A stretch of 53,907 bases of DNA from a virus (taxonomy: Duplodnaviria > Caudoviricetes), in IMG/VR virus record IMGVR_UViG_3300046713_000242, positions 1 through 53,907 of that record; one strand, written 5' to 3'. The notes below the pieces were generated by a model. It searched no databases and was not told the origin of the DNA. It saw only the letters and a list, made by a program, of their open reading frames with translations. Of the stretch, positions 1-8,469 are shown piece after piece (position 1 is the stretch's first letter; every line of letters begins with the position of its first letter). The position numbers and the translations under genes were made by a program.

Positions 1-193
1 CCGGCACCGCCACCTGCCTGGCATTCAAGGTCTGCGCGAGCTGGTGCGTGACGTCGTTGTAGTCGATCCACGCGCTCACCTTCCCCGTGATGCCGTCCAC
101 CGCGTAGTAGTCCGCCACGAACACCGGCTGCTGCTGCGCCATCGCGCAGATATTGCCGAAGATCGTGGCAGGCACGCGTGCGGGGATCGTCAT
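1..193 (-). CDS. Partial CDS (runs off the window edge), paralog of 190..948; putative virion lectin-like protein
   Basis: Hand translation MTIPARVPATIFGNICAMAQQQPVFVADYYAVDGITGKVSAWIDYNDVTHQLAQTLNARQVAVP aligns with PLFTASYYSVDGVSGKVASFIDWSDTGHVLSQTVSANQVPVP of the next gene; ATGA overlap. Confidence 0.8.
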   Translation of the reverse strand, partial: MTIPARVPATIFGNICAMAQQQPVFVADYYAVDGITGKVSAWIDYNDVTHQLAQTLNARQVAVP

Positions 194-948
194 GGCGTGA
201 TCCCCGTGACTTGCTGGATCCATGTCGCGACGTTCCCGGCCCGGGTGTCGAGGGGCGGACTCAACATGAAGGAGTGCCAATCACCGATAAAGGCATTTGC
301 GCCACCGGGAAGCTTTCCCAACACGAAGGTACTTGGTGGGTTTGCAATCGATGGGCTCGAAAGCGTGCCTGAAAACTTCAGCGTGCTCTTATGAAAAAAC
401 TTCGTCGTAAGAGTGCCCGCGAGCACCGTGGCTCGAATCCATGTGGGAGTGCCTAGCGCTGCAATCGCTTGGTCCCCCACGCCGATGGCTGAGCCAGACG
501 CGTTGTTGACGTTCATCGAAGCTGTTGCACCGGTTGTCGTGAGAAGCAGCGACTGATAGTTGGTAGTCCCAGTTTGCGTGCCTGCCAAAACCGAAGCGCC
601 ACCCGCGATCCCCGTGGCCCTGAAGCACAAAAATTCATCCATCCCGCTTCCAGAATGGAGATACACCCAATCACGAACCGGCCGGTTGCTCGTGTAGAAC
701 ATCGTGGCCGCGAACGTCGCTACGATCGCGTTGTTGAAGAGCGCGCTCGCCACGGGGACGGGCACCTGATTGGCGCTGACCGTCTGCGACAGCACATGAC
801 CCGTGTCGCTCCAATCGATGAAGCTCGCGACTTTGCCGCTCACTCCGTCGACAGAATAGTAGCTAGCCGTGAATAGCGGCCGACCTTCCGCGAGGCAGCG
901 GATATAGGAGAACAGCGGATCGAGCCGCGCTACCGCTACGCGCGGCAT
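190..948 (-). CDS. Putative virion/attachment protein, beta-rich (LamG/ConA-like by appearance)
   Basis: G/S/T/A-rich beta-strand pattern; visibly lower GC than the flanks. Confidence 0.5.
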   Translation of the reverse strand: MPRVAVARLDPLFSYIRCLAEGRPLFTASYYSVDGVSGKVASFIDWSDTGHVLSQTVSANQVPVPVASALFNNAIVATFAATMFYTSNRPVRDWVYLHSGSGMDEFLCFRATGIAGGASVLAGTQTGTTNYQSLLLTTTGATASMNVNNASGSAIGVGDQAIAALGTPTWIRATVLAGTLTTKFFHKSTLKFSGTLSSPSIANPPSTFVLGKLPGGANAFIGDWHSFMLSPPLDTRAGNVATWIQQVTGITP

Positions 949-949
949 C

Positions 950-2095
950 TTACTTGTACAGCACCGAGTCGAGCTTCAGCGAAGCCTGAGCGCCGATCGT
1001 GAGCGTGAACTCCGTGGTGATGCCGAGCGCGAACACAAGCCCCGACGCGAAATAGACGCCGTTCCTGAAGTCTTTGCTGAAAGGCACGTCTACCTGAACC
1101 GCGGGCATGATGAGCTTTGTGCTCCACACGATCGTCACCGCGCCGTTGGCCGGCAGCGAAGCCGCGTCCATCGCCAACAGCCAGTAGTTGGCCGCGGCCG
1201 CGCTGATGTCCATGCGCCCCGAGACACTGAAGAGCACGCCTGGCGAGGCCTTCACCACAGCGTTCGTGGCCAGCGCCGCGCTCACAAACTTCGACATGGC
1301 GAAGGTCGGGCTGACGACCGGCAACATCTGAACCTGGGTAACGTTCAGGACGTTGTTTTCGGACTGCGCGGCGAACTGTTCGGCGCTCTTGTCGTTGCCG
1401 CTGACGTCGACCTGAGGCAGCAGCAGCTGCGTATCGGTCATGACCGGGGGCGTCACCCGGTACTGGCGCATAGCTAGGACGTTGGCGTTGTCGGCGAACG
1501 TCGCGAGCGCGGCCGCACCTGCCTGGCCGCGCGCGCCCGGCAGCACCACCGGAAGCGAGGCTGCCGGCGTCTGCGGGCCGAGCGGCGCCGTGATCCCCGT
1601 GACCACCACATTGGCCGCTGGGCCGCCGCTTGCCCCGGGCGAGCTCGAGCTGGGCACCGCGTTTGCGAAGAGTCGACGCGCAGCGGTGGCGAGGTTGTTC
1701 GTCACCACGCGTGGGTAGATCAGGCCAGGCGCCGGCAGGTCCACGACCTTGAGCGTGCCGCCGACGATCACGATCCCGCTCGCGATCAGATAGAAGCGCT
1801 CCTTCGGCAGCACCGCGAGCGGGTCCTGGCCTGGGGTTACGTGCTCTTCGCGCACCGCCCAGAGGTCGATCGTGATGTTCTGCGCGGCGGCGGCTTCGAG
1901 CGCGAAGCACACGCGCGAGTTGGTGACGTCGCTCTGCGGGGAGCGCACCCGGGTGCTGATGAGCAGCGTGGTCCCGATGTCGGTGGACACGGGGTCCGGG
2001 TCCACGGTCGCTAGGTCGATTCGTCGGGAGGCTTCAGGCTGCATCAGTGCCCCTTTCCGGGCGGAGTATGGCAGCGGGCCCCCGCGCACCGCCAT
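950..2095 (-). CDS. Putative virion-associated protein
   Basis: 381 aa, A/V/T-rich, abuts the next gene; start uncertain (2095 or about 2045). Confidence 0.5.
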   Translation of the reverse strand: MAVRGGPLPYSARKGALMQPEASRRIDLATVDPDPVSTDIGTTLLISTRVRSPQSDVTNSRVCFALEAAAAQNITIDLWAVREEHVTPGQDPLAVLPKERFYLIASGIVIVGGTLKVVDLPAPGLIYPRVVTNNLATAARRLFANAVPSSSSPGASGGPAANVVVTGITAPLGPQTPAASLPVVLPGARGQAGAAALATFADNANVLAMRQYRVTPPVMTDTQLLLPQVDVSGNDKSAEQFAAQSENNVLNVTQVQMLPVVSPTFAMSKFVSAALATNAVVKASPGVLFSVSGRMDISAAAANYWLLAMDAASLPANGAVTIVWSTKLIMPAVQVDVPFSKDFRNGVYFASGLVFALGITTEFTLTIGAQASLKLDSVLYK

Positions 2096-2104
2096 AGCCG
2101 AGTG

Positions 2105-2350
2105 CTAGGCGTCGTGCTGGCCGGCGAGGTCTCGCAGGTTCTCGATGAACAGCGAGAGCGCGTAAAGGGCGTGCTCGGCGCGCAGGATCTGCACGGGCAG
2201 CGGCGTCATTTCGAGCGGATTGCCCACCAGGATATGGGCTTCCTGCTTCGTTTCGTCGAGCGCGATCAGCACCGTGAGCAGGCTCGAGTCGACGCGGGCG
2301 AGCGAATCACCCAGGGCCTTGTAGATCTCCTGCCGTCGGTCCTGAGGCAT
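2105..2350 (-). CDS. Hypothetical protein
   Basis: Protein-like composition, operon packing. Confidence 0.6.
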   Translation of the reverse strand: MPQDRRQEIYKALGDSLARVDSSLLTVLIALDETKQEAHILVGNPLEMTPLPVQILRAEHALYALSLFIENLRDLAGQHDA

Positions 2351-2726
2351 CTTCCAGCGGTTCTACCACCGGGGGCGCATCGCGCGCGATCGCGTCGGCG
2401 ATCTTCTCGCGGTAGGTGGCAAGCGCGGCGGCGCGCCCGATCTCCACCTGCTTCTTGGTGTCGCAGTGCGGGCAGCGTGGGCAGCGTGGCTCACCGAGCG
2501 CGCGGTGGATCGCGTGGAACTCGGGGAAGGTGAGCCCGATCGGCTCGTGCACGCCGTGTTTCTCGGCCTCGGTGTCGAGCGCGCACCGGTGCTTGGCCTC
2601 GGTCTTGTTGGCAGCGCGCTTCTGGGAGCGCTGAGCGCGGCGCTGAAAGCGGTTTGGACCGTCTTGCGGCGTGGTGGCGCTCGTCACGACGGTTTGGCGG
2701 TGCCGGCGGTTCTGGGTGCTCGTCAT
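2307..2726 (-). CDS. Hypothetical protein with CPRCPHC motif
   Basis: ATGA coupling with the upstream gene; Cys cluster. Confidence 0.55.
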   Translation of the reverse strand: MTSTQNRRHRQTVVTSATTPQDGPNRFQRRAQRSQKRAANKTEAKHRCALDTEAEKHGVHEPIGLTFPEFHAIHRALGEPRCPRCPHCDTKKQVEIGRAAALATYREKIADAIARDAPPVVEPLEDASGPTAGDLQGPG

Positions 2727-3349
2727 GGGCCCACCTTGCGGTCCCAATAACCGCCGCGCGCCTTATCCACTGCATCTCTGATGAGCGACACGTGCGGGAT
2801 GTTGGTCGCGAACGGCACCCCGGCGCCGAACACTTGCAGGTCAAGCCCGCTGTAGTCCACGCCTGGGCGCAGCACGATCGCAGGGAACGGGCCGATTTCA
2901 CCGAATCCCCAGTACAGCACGATCGCGCCGATGCCTGGCCATTGCGGCACCGATTCCGGCGGCAGTGCCACGGCCACTGGACTGAGATTGCGCGCCACAA
3001 GCGCCGTTTCGAGCACCGTCACGCGGTACAGCACGCTCTTGAAGCGCTGCACCTCATCGAGCTCTGACCATGGGCAAAGCGCGGGGTGCTTCTTGGTTTC
3101 CGGGTCGCGCGTCTCGCCCCACGACCAGCCATCGGCAATCCGCTTCCTGAGCCAATGGTGGTGTTGTTCCTCGGCTGACGTGAGATCGCCACTGAGAATC
3201 AGATCCACGCAGAGGCACATCCCCATTTGATAGGCGGGTGAGGTCTCTTCCCAGGGCGGCCGGGGCTCGCCGATCTCGGCGTTGTAGACGCGTTGCACCT
3301 CGTAAGCCGCGCGCGCAATCGAGCGCGCTCGGTCGATGTCGACAGGCAT
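2723..3349 (-). CDS. RyR-domain protein fused to a second small phage domain
   Basis: EEQHHHWLRKRIADGWSWGETRDPETKKHPALCPWSEL matches the RyR repeat signature (H..W......GW.WG..RD...K.HP.L.PW.EL); GAGGA SD. Confidence 0.8.
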   Translation of the reverse strand: MPVDIDRARSIARAAYEVQRVYNAEIGEPRPPWEETSPAYQMGMCLCVDLILSGDLTSAEEQHHHWLRKRIADGWSWGETRDPETKKHPALCPWSELDEVQRFKSVLYRVTVLETALVARNLSPVAVALPPESVPQWPGIGAIVLYWGFGEIGPFPAIVLRPGVDYSGLDLQVFGAGVPFATNIPHVSLIRDAVDKARGGYWDRKVGP

Positions 3350-3428
3350 GGTTCTTCCTCGGGTGGTTGGGGTTGGGTGTGGCGGGTGAGGGCCACTGAG
3401 ACCGCGTAGCGCGCCTCAGCGAGCCGCG

Positions 3429-3680
3429 TCAATCGCCAAGGATCACCTGAATTGCGCGCTGGATCTCGATCGGCTCTTTGAGCAGCGAGGCGGCCACGTA
3501 GATCTTGAAGGTGCTGGTGCGCGCGCACACGTCCACGCGTTCGACCATCACGTGCCGGATCAGCTTCGCAAGGATCTCGCCCTGGCGGTCAGGGGTCTCG
3601 GCCCAGAACGCTTTGGGGTGCAGGCGAAACTCGAGCGTGCCATCGAACGGCTGCATACCGTAGGGCTGGGGGCGGTTCAT
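3429..3680 (-). CDS. Hypothetical protein (probably leaderless)
   Basis: TAGCTT-N7-ATG upstream. Confidence 0.6.
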   Translation of the reverse strand: MNRPQPYGMQPFDGTLEFRLHPKAFWAETPDRQGEILAKLIRHVMVERVDVCARTSTFKIYVAASLLKEPIEIQRAIQVILGD

Positions 3681-3695
3681 GCCCCCAAAGCTAGG

Positions 3696-3881
3696 CTAGT
3701 TCCGCTGGCGACGCATCAGCGCTTCGATCGCCCGGTGGATGCTCTCCTGATAGCTGCTGGCGGCCACCGTCACGCGCATGGCGCGCCCCTCGAAGCGGGC
3801 ATCGGGGATGCTGGCGTGCGCGTGGTAGCGGCGGTCGAAGCCGAGCTCGGCGTCTGCGTGAACTGGGTACAACGTGGACAC
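3696..3881 (-). CDS. Hypothetical protein
   Basis: GAGGTG SD before GTG. Confidence 0.55.
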   Translation of the reverse strand: MSTLYPVHADAELGFDRRYHAHASIPDARFEGRAMRVTVAASSYQESIHRAIEALMRRQRN

Positions 3882-3900
3882 GGGTCACCTCATACGGCGC

Positions 3901-3929
3901 ACCCTGAGCACGAAGCTTGCCAATATCAA
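3901..3929 (-). promoter_or_regulatory. Sigma70-like promoter TTGATA-N17-CAGGGT
   Basis: Spacing counted by hand; same pattern as other promoters in the window. Confidence 0.45.
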
Positions 3930-4093
3930 GAGGTTCTCGCTAGGGTGTGCTCAAGGCGGCGGGGCTTCTGTTGCAGCGATCTTCACCCGACCGCGCCCGC
4001 GCTGTGACGTAGCGCTGGGATGCTGGGCTCCCGTGGCACCCAACGGAAGGCGAAGGTCTCGGGCGATTGCTTGCCGCCCGGGGCTGACGTGCG

Positions 4094-4291
4094 TCAGCTG
4101 TCAGGCCCGTCCACCCAAACCACGTGCCCACAGCGCTCGTTCGAGCACGAGTACTTCTCGTCCTCGTACCCGCCGCACGACGACTCCCAAGTTTTGACGC
4201 TCATGGGGGCGTCGCACTTCGGGCATCGGCGTTGTGCCTCCTTCGCCGGGCCAAAGGAGCCCTCATGCTCTGCCATGGGCTTGGTGTGCAT
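4094..4291 (-). CDS. Zn-ribbon protein
   Basis: CPKC...CSNERC motif. Confidence 0.65.
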   Translation of the reverse strand: MHTKPMAEHEGSFGPAKEAQRRCPKCDAPMSVKTWESSCGGYEDEKYSCSNERCGHVVWVDGPDS

Positions 4292-4296
4292 ACGTT

Positions 4297-4554
4297 CTAC
4301 TCCGCGGGCTCGTAGGTGGCGTCGAACGTCGCCGAGGGGCAGGCGTAGAAGTTCCCGTCAATGCCGCGGATCACCCAGTCGCCAGGTTTCGCGGTCGTGG
4401 TGCCTTCCGGCGCGGGAATCTCAAGGCCGCCCAGAACATCCTCGTTGACCTCGCCCCACTTCGCCCATTCCAAGATCGCCAAGGCGTTTTTGCCGTCGTA
4501 TTGCATCGCCTCGATCACTACGGGCTTCTTTCGGTACTTGTTCGCCATCTTCAT
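4297..4554 (-). CDS. Conserved small phage protein (RKKPVVIEA...PGDWVIRG...FY.C...F..TY family), candidate nucleotide sponge
   Basis: Recognisable widespread phage family; GGAGG SD. Confidence 0.7.
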   Translation of the reverse strand: MKMANKYRKKPVVIEAMQYDGKNALAILEWAKWGEVNEDVLGGLEIPAPEGTTTAKPGDWVIRGIDGNFYACPSATFDATYEPAE

Positions 4555-4871
4555 TCCTCCCAAGGCCTCGGGCGCCTGTACATCGGGCCTGGCACGTAGG
4601 CAGGGCTCGTGTCTACCTCGCGCACCGCGCGGTTCTGGGGGCCGATCGAGCGGTCACGCGCCTCGATCTCACGCTCGAGCCGGGTCACCAGGTCGAAGCA
4701 TCCTCGCACGTCGTCGATCGCCACCACGTGGTAGGCGACGTCGCCGAACTTCACGGGCTTGCGCCTCTGTGCGGCGCGCGCGACCCGCACGCTATGGCCG
4801 GTGGATACAACGATGGCGCCGAGCAGCCAGCCGACAACCAGCAGGGCGGCGTTTAGGAGGGGTTGAGACAC
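4551..4871 (-). CDS. Single-TM membrane protein
   Basis: LLNAALLVVGWLLGAIVV segment; leaderless GTG 7 nt after the -10 box. Confidence 0.6.
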   Translation of the reverse strand: MSQPLLNAALLVVGWLLGAIVVSTGHSVRVARAAQRRKPVKFGDVAYHVVAIDDVRGCFDLVTRLEREIEARDRSIGPQNRAVREVDTSPAYVPGPMYRRPRPWEE

Positions 4872-4878
4872 GCTGCGC

Positions 4879-4907
4879 AATCTGCACGGGCCCGGGTTTT
4901 TGCGCAA
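4879..4907 (-). promoter_or_regulatory. Leaderless promoter TTGCGC-N17-CAGATT-N7-GTG
   Basis: Exact spacing; -35 lies inside a TTTGCGCAAA palindrome. Confidence 0.6.
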
Positions 4908-4920
4908 ATGGTTTTCACGC

Positions 4921-5187
4921 TCAGACGTACCGTTGGATGCCATGGGCAATCCCGTCCACGAGCTTCACGCGCCACTGGTTGCCGTCGTGCGTGCCCCACG
5001 CGTCGACCGTGCCGTCGTTTTCCTCGACCGAATCTTCCAGCCCGAATGCCTGTAACTCTTCTAGGCCCGCGTCAATTCGGTCCGACGCGGCAAGGTCCTC
5101 GTGCAGCGCGAGCACCGCGCATTCGTTGTGGCTGATGCTCCGTCGCACTGCCCGCTCCGCCGTCATGTATCCAATCGCGTATGCCAT
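4921..5187 (-). CDS. Small acidic orphan protein driven by repeat copy 1 (moron)
   Basis: 88 aa, D/E-rich, ATG 8 nt after the conserved leader. Confidence 0.7.
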   Translation of the reverse strand: MAYAIGYMTAERAVRRSISHNECAVLALHEDLAASDRIDAGLEELQAFGLEDSVEENDGTVDAWGTHDGNQWRVKLVDGIAHGIQRYV

Positions 5188-5195
5188 GTTGCCGT

Positions 5196-5269
5196 CCCCA
5201 TCTCTGCCGCGCTTGGCGGCCCCGTAAGAACAATCATCAGCTATCCCAATACCGTTTGCAAACGGAATC
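5196..5269 (-). repeat. Dispersed promoter/operator/leader cassette, copy 1
   Basis: 74 bp identical to 18155..18228; contains the palindrome CCGTTTGCAAACGG and the hairpin GCCGC-CAAGC-GCGGC. Confidence 0.95.
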
Positions 5270-6866
5270 AGCGGAAGCGCTTCCCCAGCGTGCGGCGAAT
5301 GCCCTCGCGGGCGAACCACAGGCCCATTAGCCGGTCACCCGTATGGTTCTTCGGGCCACCGCCAGGGCGGTAGCTCGCCATCTCGACACGCAGCGCAGCG
5401 AGCTCGGGATCCACGTCGTCGCCCTTGTCCCCACTCGGGAAGAGCCACAGGCGCTGGCGCAGCTCGACCGCGATGGACTCGATCCCAAAGTCTTCGTCCC
5501 ACTTGCTTTGGGCTGAGGTGTTGTAGGGCTCGACCGAGATCTTCTTCTTGCTGACCGTGTGCTGGCGCAGAAACTCTTGCGCGCCCACGCTTTCGACGAT
5601 CATGCGGCTGTTGAAGCGCAAGTGCGTCTCGTAGATGCGGTCGATTATTTCGTCTGCCGTCCACTTCCCCGCCTCGATCTTGACCAGCTGCCGGCGCTTG
5701 TCGTCGCGCAGCGCCACCGTGACGAGCGCCGTGACGTCGTGCCCTTCCTTCTGGCCGACGCCAAGGTCCACGCCCGTCCAGCACGGCAGCGCGCGCGGGC
5801 CAGGCCACAAGAGCGGCCGACGCTCGAGCATCTTGAGCCCGCGCCCAGCCGTGAGCGCCACCCTGATCGCCCAGTCCGGGAAGCGGCTACTGATGTCGTT
5901 GACGACGCGGCACAAGTACTTGCGCGCGAACGCCGACGGCTGCATGCCGTTGAGGCGCTTGAGCAGGCGCGACAACGGCCACTGTCCAGCCCATGTCGTG
6001 ATCCAGTTAGCGGGCTTGTCTTCGGGGTTCTGCACGGCGCTGAACACGCGCCCCTCGAAGCTCTTTCGCTTCGGGAGCTCGTGCAGCAGGTCCCAGTCAG
6101 CGAACGGGGTACCAATCACCCAGATCCGCGCCGGGTAGCCGCCCTCGGCCTGATCCTGGGCACGCGTGAGCACCATCGTATCGAACCAAGCAATCGTCTT
6201 CTGCGCGGCTTCCAGCGTGCCCGTGTTCTGCAGGTTGAGCACGTCATCGAGCACGATGATGTCGAGGCGTGCGCCGGCGATCTTCGTGCCCGAGCCGTAG
6301 ACGCGGATCGTGGGGTTACGCAGGTACGGGCTGCGCTCGACCTCGATGGCGTGCATGTTCCAGATCGCGTGCTTGCGCGAGCTGCGCTTCAGGTGCGGGA
6401 AAACCTCGTGAAGACGCTGCGATTCCTCGATGTATCGCTTGATAATCCCGAGCATCACGAAGGCTTGCTCTTCGGAGTCGGAGATGATCGCGCAGCGCAG
6501 GTTAGGGTTGCGGCCGATCTCCCAGAGCAAGCGCGCGATGATCTGGAAGCTCTTGCCGTGCTCGACGGGGGCTACGAGAACGCTCCACTCGTTCTTCGTC
6601 CAATGCTCGTGCCATTCCTTGTGGATCGAAGCGCAGTGGATGGGCTTGCGCGTGGTCTCATCGACCATCACGAAATCAGCGAAGTCGACCGGGTCAACGC
6701 GCGCGCGCCTGATCTGGACGGTGCGCCGAGCTCGAGCACGCTGCTTCAGCTTGTGCCGATACGCGTCCAGGTCGTAGACGTTGGCGCCAGGCCCCTCGAT
6801 GGGGTTGATGGGCATGCCGCCTAGCGCGTCTTGCGCGTGAAGGGCGCCCAGTGATCGCGAGCTCAT
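5268..6866 (-). CDS. terL: Terminase large subunit
   Basis: Walker A APVEHGKS, Walker B IIVLDD, VIGTP, nuclease GVDLG...D...DRLMGLW; TGATG coupling at the start. Confidence 0.92.
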   Translation of the reverse strand: MSSRSLGALHAQDALGGMPINPIEGPGANVYDLDAYRHKLKQRARARRTVQIRRARVDPVDFADFVMVDETTRKPIHCASIHKEWHEHWTKNEWSVLVAPVEHGKSFQIIARLLWEIGRNPNLRCAIISDSEEQAFVMLGIIKRYIEESQRLHEVFPHLKRSSRKHAIWNMHAIEVERSPYLRNPTIRVYGSGTKIAGARLDIIVLDDVLNLQNTGTLEAAQKTIAWFDTMVLTRAQDQAEGGYPARIWVIGTPFADWDLLHELPKRKSFEGRVFSAVQNPEDKPANWITTWAGQWPLSRLLKRLNGMQPSAFARKYLCRVVNDISSRFPDWAIRVALTAGRGLKMLERRPLLWPGPRALPCWTGVDLGVGQKEGHDVTALVTVALRDDKRRQLVKIEAGKWTADEIIDRIYETHLRFNSRMIVESVGAQEFLRQHTVSKKKISVEPYNTSAQSKWDEDFGIESIAVELRQRLWLFPSGDKGDDVDPELAALRVEMASYRPGGGPKNHTGDRLMGLWFAREGIRRTLGKRFR

Positions 6867-7249
6867 CAGTCTGCCTTCTGATCGCGCGCTCGAGTCATCA
6901 TGGTCGCCTGCACGTCGCGCGGCAGCGTGCTCGGCGCCTCGACCACGATCCCATGCTCGCCGAAATCCCAGAACAGCCACATGCGCTTCTGGTGGTGCAG
7001 GCGGTAGAGGCCCTGGCCATCGTGCGTCACGTCAGCCCAGGACACCGAGCGCCATTCGACGGTGCGCACGACGGCTTCGCGGTGCTGGGGCGCGCCCAGG
7101 TCGAGCACGCTCTGCGCTTCGGCGCGCTGCTCGCGGTATTGCAGCGAGGGGTACATGGGCGCGGTCTTCTGCGAGGCGATCTGAGCGGGCACCTTGCCCG
7201 TTGCTTCGACGATGGCGCCGATCACCTGTAACGCCCGAACTTGGTTCAC
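6866..7249 (-). CDS. Hypothetical protein
   Basis: Translationally coupled on both sides. Confidence 0.65.
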   Translation of the reverse strand: MNQVRALQVIGAIVEATGKVPAQIASQKTAPMYPSLQYREQRAEAQSVLDLGAPQHREAVVRTVEWRSVSWADVTHDGQGLYRLHHQKRMWLFWDFGEHGIVVEAPSTLPRDVQATMMTRARDQKAD

Positions 7250-7443
7250 GGGCCGACATCAAGGTCAACGTGGTCGAGCGCCGGCAGCAGCACGACCGCG
7301 GTACTCAACTCATCCCCGTGCCAAACCTGCCGGAAGCGCACGATCACGCCGGTATCGCGCATGTACGCGTGCCCGCGCAGCGCTTCCCAATACGTGCTTT
7401 CGGCGTGCTCGCGCAACCTTTCAAGGGTGATGGCGTCTGGCAT
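7246..7443 (-). CDS. Hypothetical protein (leaderless)
   Basis: TAATAT-N7-ATG. Confidence 0.6.
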   Translation of the reverse strand: MPDAITLERLREHAESTYWEALRGHAYMRDTGVIVRFRQVWHGDELSTAVVLLPALDHVDLDVGP

Positions 7444-7450
7444 GAGGCCG

Positions 7451-7479
7451 ATATTACACAAAACGATTGCGCAAATCAG
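7451..7479 (-). promoter_or_regulatory. Promoter CTGATT-N17-TAATAT for the terL operon
   Basis: AT-rich patch, TG next to the -10 box, TTTGCGCAAT overlapping the -35 and spacer. Confidence 0.6.
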
Positions 7480-8054
7480 CCGGGGCGCGCTGAACGAGCT
7501 AGCGACACGAGCCACTCAGCGAACGCGATGGGTGTGCGGCGACGCTGTTGTGCGCTGCAAACCTTGATGCCTGGCGGGACGATTCCTCCTGAGCCTTTGC
7601 GGTTTTTGTTTCGCCCGCCGCTCACCCAGTGAGTGGGATTCCGCGCTGGCGGGCGCTCGCGCGGGAATGACACGCCGACCAGGTACAGCCACGTGCGCTT
7701 TCGTGCAGGGTGCCCCCAGTCGACCTGGCAAACTTCGATCGTGTACCCGCCGAACGCATCGGACGGAGCTCCCGGCATCGGCATCCCCATCGCCTGCCAA
7801 AGCCGCGAACGGGAAGGGTGCTCCAATACGCCACCGTACGCCCTCACCTGCTCGACTGCGCGCGGACCGCAGTCGGCCGCAGCGCCATTGCTTAGGTGCC
7901 GCAACGATCCCCACGGGCCGCAAGGCGGGTGCGCCACGACCGGGAAGGGCCCGGCGTATGCGCGGGCGTCGCGCTGCTCATCCCAGGGATCGACGCCTTC
8001 GAGCCCGAAGTACGGCCCGCCCTTCTCTACGAACAGCGCGGCGACTGTCACCAC
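7476..8054 (-). CDS. Short C5 cytosine DNA methyltransferase-like protein
   Basis: AHPPC (motif IV), VLEHP (VI), Q..WGHPARKRTWLY (VIII). Confidence 0.75.
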   Translation of the reverse strand: MVTVAALFVEKGGPYFGLEGVDPWDEQRDARAYAGPFPVVAHPPCGPWGSLRHLSNGAAADCGPRAVEQVRAYGGVLEHPSRSRLWQAMGMPMPGAPSDAFGGYTIEVCQVDWGHPARKRTWLYLVGVSFPRERPPARNPTHWVSGGRNKNRKGSGGIVPPGIKVCSAQQRRRTPIAFAEWLVSLARSARPG

Positions 8055-8131
8055 CCGTTGCCGTCGCCGAAAAGCGCATAGAAGGCCACGCCCACGACGA
8101 TCAGCAGCAGGTCCCAGAGCGTGGTGATCAC
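8048..8131 (-). CDS. 27-aa membrane peptide (below the ORF-track cutoff)
   Basis: MITTLWDLLLIVVGVAFYALFGDGNGW; GTGA overlap, fills the gap exactly. Confidence 0.6.
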   Translation of the reverse strand: MITTLWDLLLIVVGVAFYALFGDGNGW

Positions 8132-8469
8132 CGCCCTTCCCCGACCGCGCGCGCCTTGGCCAGGTCGTAGCGCTGTTGGAGATTCATCCAAAACTCAGGC
8201 GTGGTTCCGAGCAGGCGCGCGAGCAGCAGCGCCATCGGCGCGTCAACGTCGCGCCGCTCTTCCATGAGAGCGCGCAGGGGGTTGATGAAATCCTCGCGCA
8301 GCACCTCGCCAGGGTGGACGCTAGGCGTGGCGGCGTCTGCCACGGCGCCGGCGCCAAGCTGAGGGACATACTCGGCACACTGGCAAATCAAGCACTTGAA
8401 CGGATGACCGATTTGCCCGCGGTGCTCGCCCGCAAAGTGTCCGCACCGCTGACAGGGTTTGTTGCTCAC
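8128..8469 (-). CDS. Zn-finger + HigA-like antitoxin with an internal HTH deletion
   Basis: CQRCGH...H...CLICQC, then HPGEVLREDFINPL and MALLLARLLGTTPEFWMNLQQRYDL. Confidence 0.8.
   Translation of the reverse strand: MSNKPCQRCGHFAGEHRGQIGHPFKCLICQCAEYVPQLGAGAVADAATPSVHPGEVLREDFINPLRALMEERRDVDAPMALLLARLLGTTPEFWMNLQQRYDLAKARAVGEGR

Noticed and set aside
1-948. Diversity-generating retroelement acting on the paralogous genes
   Set aside because: No reverse transcriptase and no near-identical TR/VR pair with A-specific mismatches in the window
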